DNA from: Planctomycetota bacterium
Lineage (GTDB): Bacteria > Planctomycetota > UBA8108 > UBA1146
Length of the DNA: 28,047 nucleotides
Direction: 5' to 3'
Assembly: GCA_036338595.1 (NCBI GenBank)
Contig: JAYZBV010000062.1
Span: 1 to 28,047, forward strand
Made by a program: the position numbers and the translations under genes. The notes beneath the pieces were generated by a model. That model saw only the letters and a program-made list of their open reading frames with translations. It made no database searches and had not been told where the DNA came from. Each line of letters opens with the position of its first letter. Position 1 is the first letter of the stretch. This document shows, one piece after another, positions 26,625 through 28,047 of this stretch.

Positions 26625-27787
26625 CGGTTCCCCTCCTCACCCTCACCATGGTAGCCGCCTTCGCCATCGAGATCTTCCTTGCCCTTCGGACCATCGCCAT
26701 CGTCGGCGAGTGTCGTTTGTAATCGCTTCAAGGCCACCGCAACGCCCTCAGCGTGGGGGTGCTTCTCGACTCCGAACACGGATGCACCCTCGCGCCTCAG
26801 GCCGAAGTAGGTCTTGAGGAAGCGGTGCTGAAGGGTCGTGTGGGTCGGAGCCGATTCGATGACATCGTAATCTTCGAGCAATTCTGCCAGGAGTTTGTCG
26901 TAGAGTTGCCGTGCATCGCTCGAGGATTTTGCGGTGTGAACAAAGATGCGCGCACCCTCTGTTCCTTGAAGGTCCCCAAACCAGAAGTGTTGCGCGAAGC
27001 GATACTGAAAAACATTGCTCGGCTGGTAGCCAATCTGTTCGAAGGGAACACCAAGACCACTGTTCAGTATCTCGAATCCGGTCGGGGGCGCACCTTGTTG
27101 CCCCAACCTGGCCAGCGCCATCACCACGCGGCGGGTCATCACCTCGACCGACTTATCGGGTGCATCTGCGATGATATGGAAAAAGATCCGTCCGCTCATT
27201 CCGATGGCACCGATGGTATTCGGTGTGTAATGCACACCTTCGAACTGTTCTGTAGCTCTGCCGCCGCGTTGTTCCTGGTAGACACCCAGGCTGCCCTCGA
27301 AGGTGCCCTGGTCGTAGAGAAACACGTCGAGAAACCTACCCGTACCTCGATGTTCCAGTTCGATCACGGTCAGTTTCTGGAATCCGAACTTCACGTACTG
27401 GTCGGCCTGCCCGTTGATCTTCTCGTAAAGGGTGTCGACTTCGAAGGTCTGCGGGGTGGAAACCGATCGCCAGCCGCCTTCCAGCAAGGATGAATCGAAG
27501 GGACCGAGAGCGACCGGCACGGCTCCAACATCGCCCAGGCTCGGATCGCGCCAGCGTTTGAGCGGCGTCTTGTAGAGGTTGTCCTCGACCGATTGCGCAA
27601 CCAGTAAGGCGATGTCGATATCGCGTTCGCCCGGGTCATAGTTATCGCGCTGCTCGACCAGCCAGTAGATCATGCCCAGGATGACCAGCAGCAGCAGCAC
27701 CCCTACTGCCGTCTCGGTGGTGGAGATCTCCTTGCGAAGAAGCCTGGGTCGCCCCAGTCGATTGAAGACCTTGCCCTTCTTCGCCAT
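26621..27787 (-). CDS. Membrane-anchored uncharacterised protein, DUF6599-like
   Basis: GGAGG RBS; one N-terminal TM helix; GW...TFEVDTLYEKINGQADQYVKFGFQKL...DVFLYDQG...SLGVY resembles DUF6599 as I recall it; first gene of a coupled operon. Gene certain, family moderately so. Confidence 0.75.
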   Translation of the reverse strand: MAKKGKVFNRLGRPRLLRKEISTTETAVGVLLLLVILGMIYWLVEQRDNYDPGERDIDIALLVAQSVEDNLYKTPLKRWRDPSLGDVGAVPVALGPFDSSLLEGGWRSVSTPQTFEVDTLYEKINGQADQYVKFGFQKLTVIELEHRGTGRFLDVFLYDQGTFEGSLGVYQEQRGGRATEQFEGVHYTPNTIGAIGMSGRIFFHIIADAPDKSVEVMTRRVVMALARLGQQGAPPTGFEILNSGLGVPFEQIGYQPSNVFQYRFAQHFWFGDLQGTEGARIFVHTAKSSSDARQLYDKLLAELLEDYDVIESAPTHTTLQHRFLKTYFGLRREGASVFGVEKHPHAEGVAVALKRLQTTLADDGDGPKGKEDLDGEGGYHGEGEEGNR

Positions 27788-27841
27788 CTGTCCTCCAGGA
27801 CTATCATCGCACGCTCAACACCAGGTTCGATATCCGCTAAC

Positions 27842-27870
27842 AGTCTACGGTTTAGGTCTCTCCGGGTAAA
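27842..27870 (-). promoter_or_regulatory. Putative sigma70 promoter of the redox operon
   Basis: Minus strand TTTACC (27870-27865) - 17 nt - TAGACT (27847-27842), ~55 nt upstream of ATG 27787. Confidence 0.4.
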
Positions 27871-28047
27871 ACTCCGGATTCAACGGCTGGGAAATGGCAG
27901 GGCCTCATGTGACCGTTGCCAACGCCCAACTTGCCGTCAGTGGAGAGAAGGGTAAATATCCTGAGTTTGCCGGCAACGTGCTAACAGTGGAAACGCGCGA
28001 TTTTTGGAAAGACCCATCCGTCTCCCCCAGGAATCAGGGCTTCCACT

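Noticed and set aside
22896..27493. Long plus-strand ORFs 22896..23696 and 26753..27493
   Set aside because: Antisense to well-supported genes; expected from biased codon usage.
27981..28047. Possible 3' end of a minus-strand CDS (VEALIPGGDGWVFPKIARFHC-stop) at the right edge
   Set aside because: Too short to distinguish from intergenic sequence.

Overview
Bacterial chromosomal window, most likely from a planctomycete (PVC-type heme-binding dehydrogenase; planctomycete-style C-terminal dockerin-like domains). Left to right: 5' part of a gamma-glutamyltransferase gene (-, cut by the window edge and absent from the ORF track); hemL (+); three minus-strand genes for exported proteins (a two-cohesin-like plus dockerin-like protein behind a ~410-nt structured leader, a PVC-type beta-propeller/HEAT/cytochrome c protein with a ~310-aa insertion, and a ~2350-aa adhesin-like protein with 22 HYR domains and a dockerin-like tail); tRNA-Arg(CCT); a His/Cys/Asp-rich small ORF followed by a czcCBA/cusCBA-type RND efflux operon (+); and a convergent four-gene minus-strand redox operon (DUF6599-like, DUF362, NapH-NapG-type polyferredoxin, Tat aldo/keto reductase). 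Best candidates for undescribed biology: (1) a non-cellulosomal cohesin-dockerin surface assembly system, (2) a leaderless metal-binding uORF whose stop codon can base-pair next to the efflux operon's ribosome-binding site, (3) the Tat-rich redox operon of unknown function. All domain calls are by eye from motifs; no searches or folding programs were run. No CRISPR array, integrase or transposase was seen.
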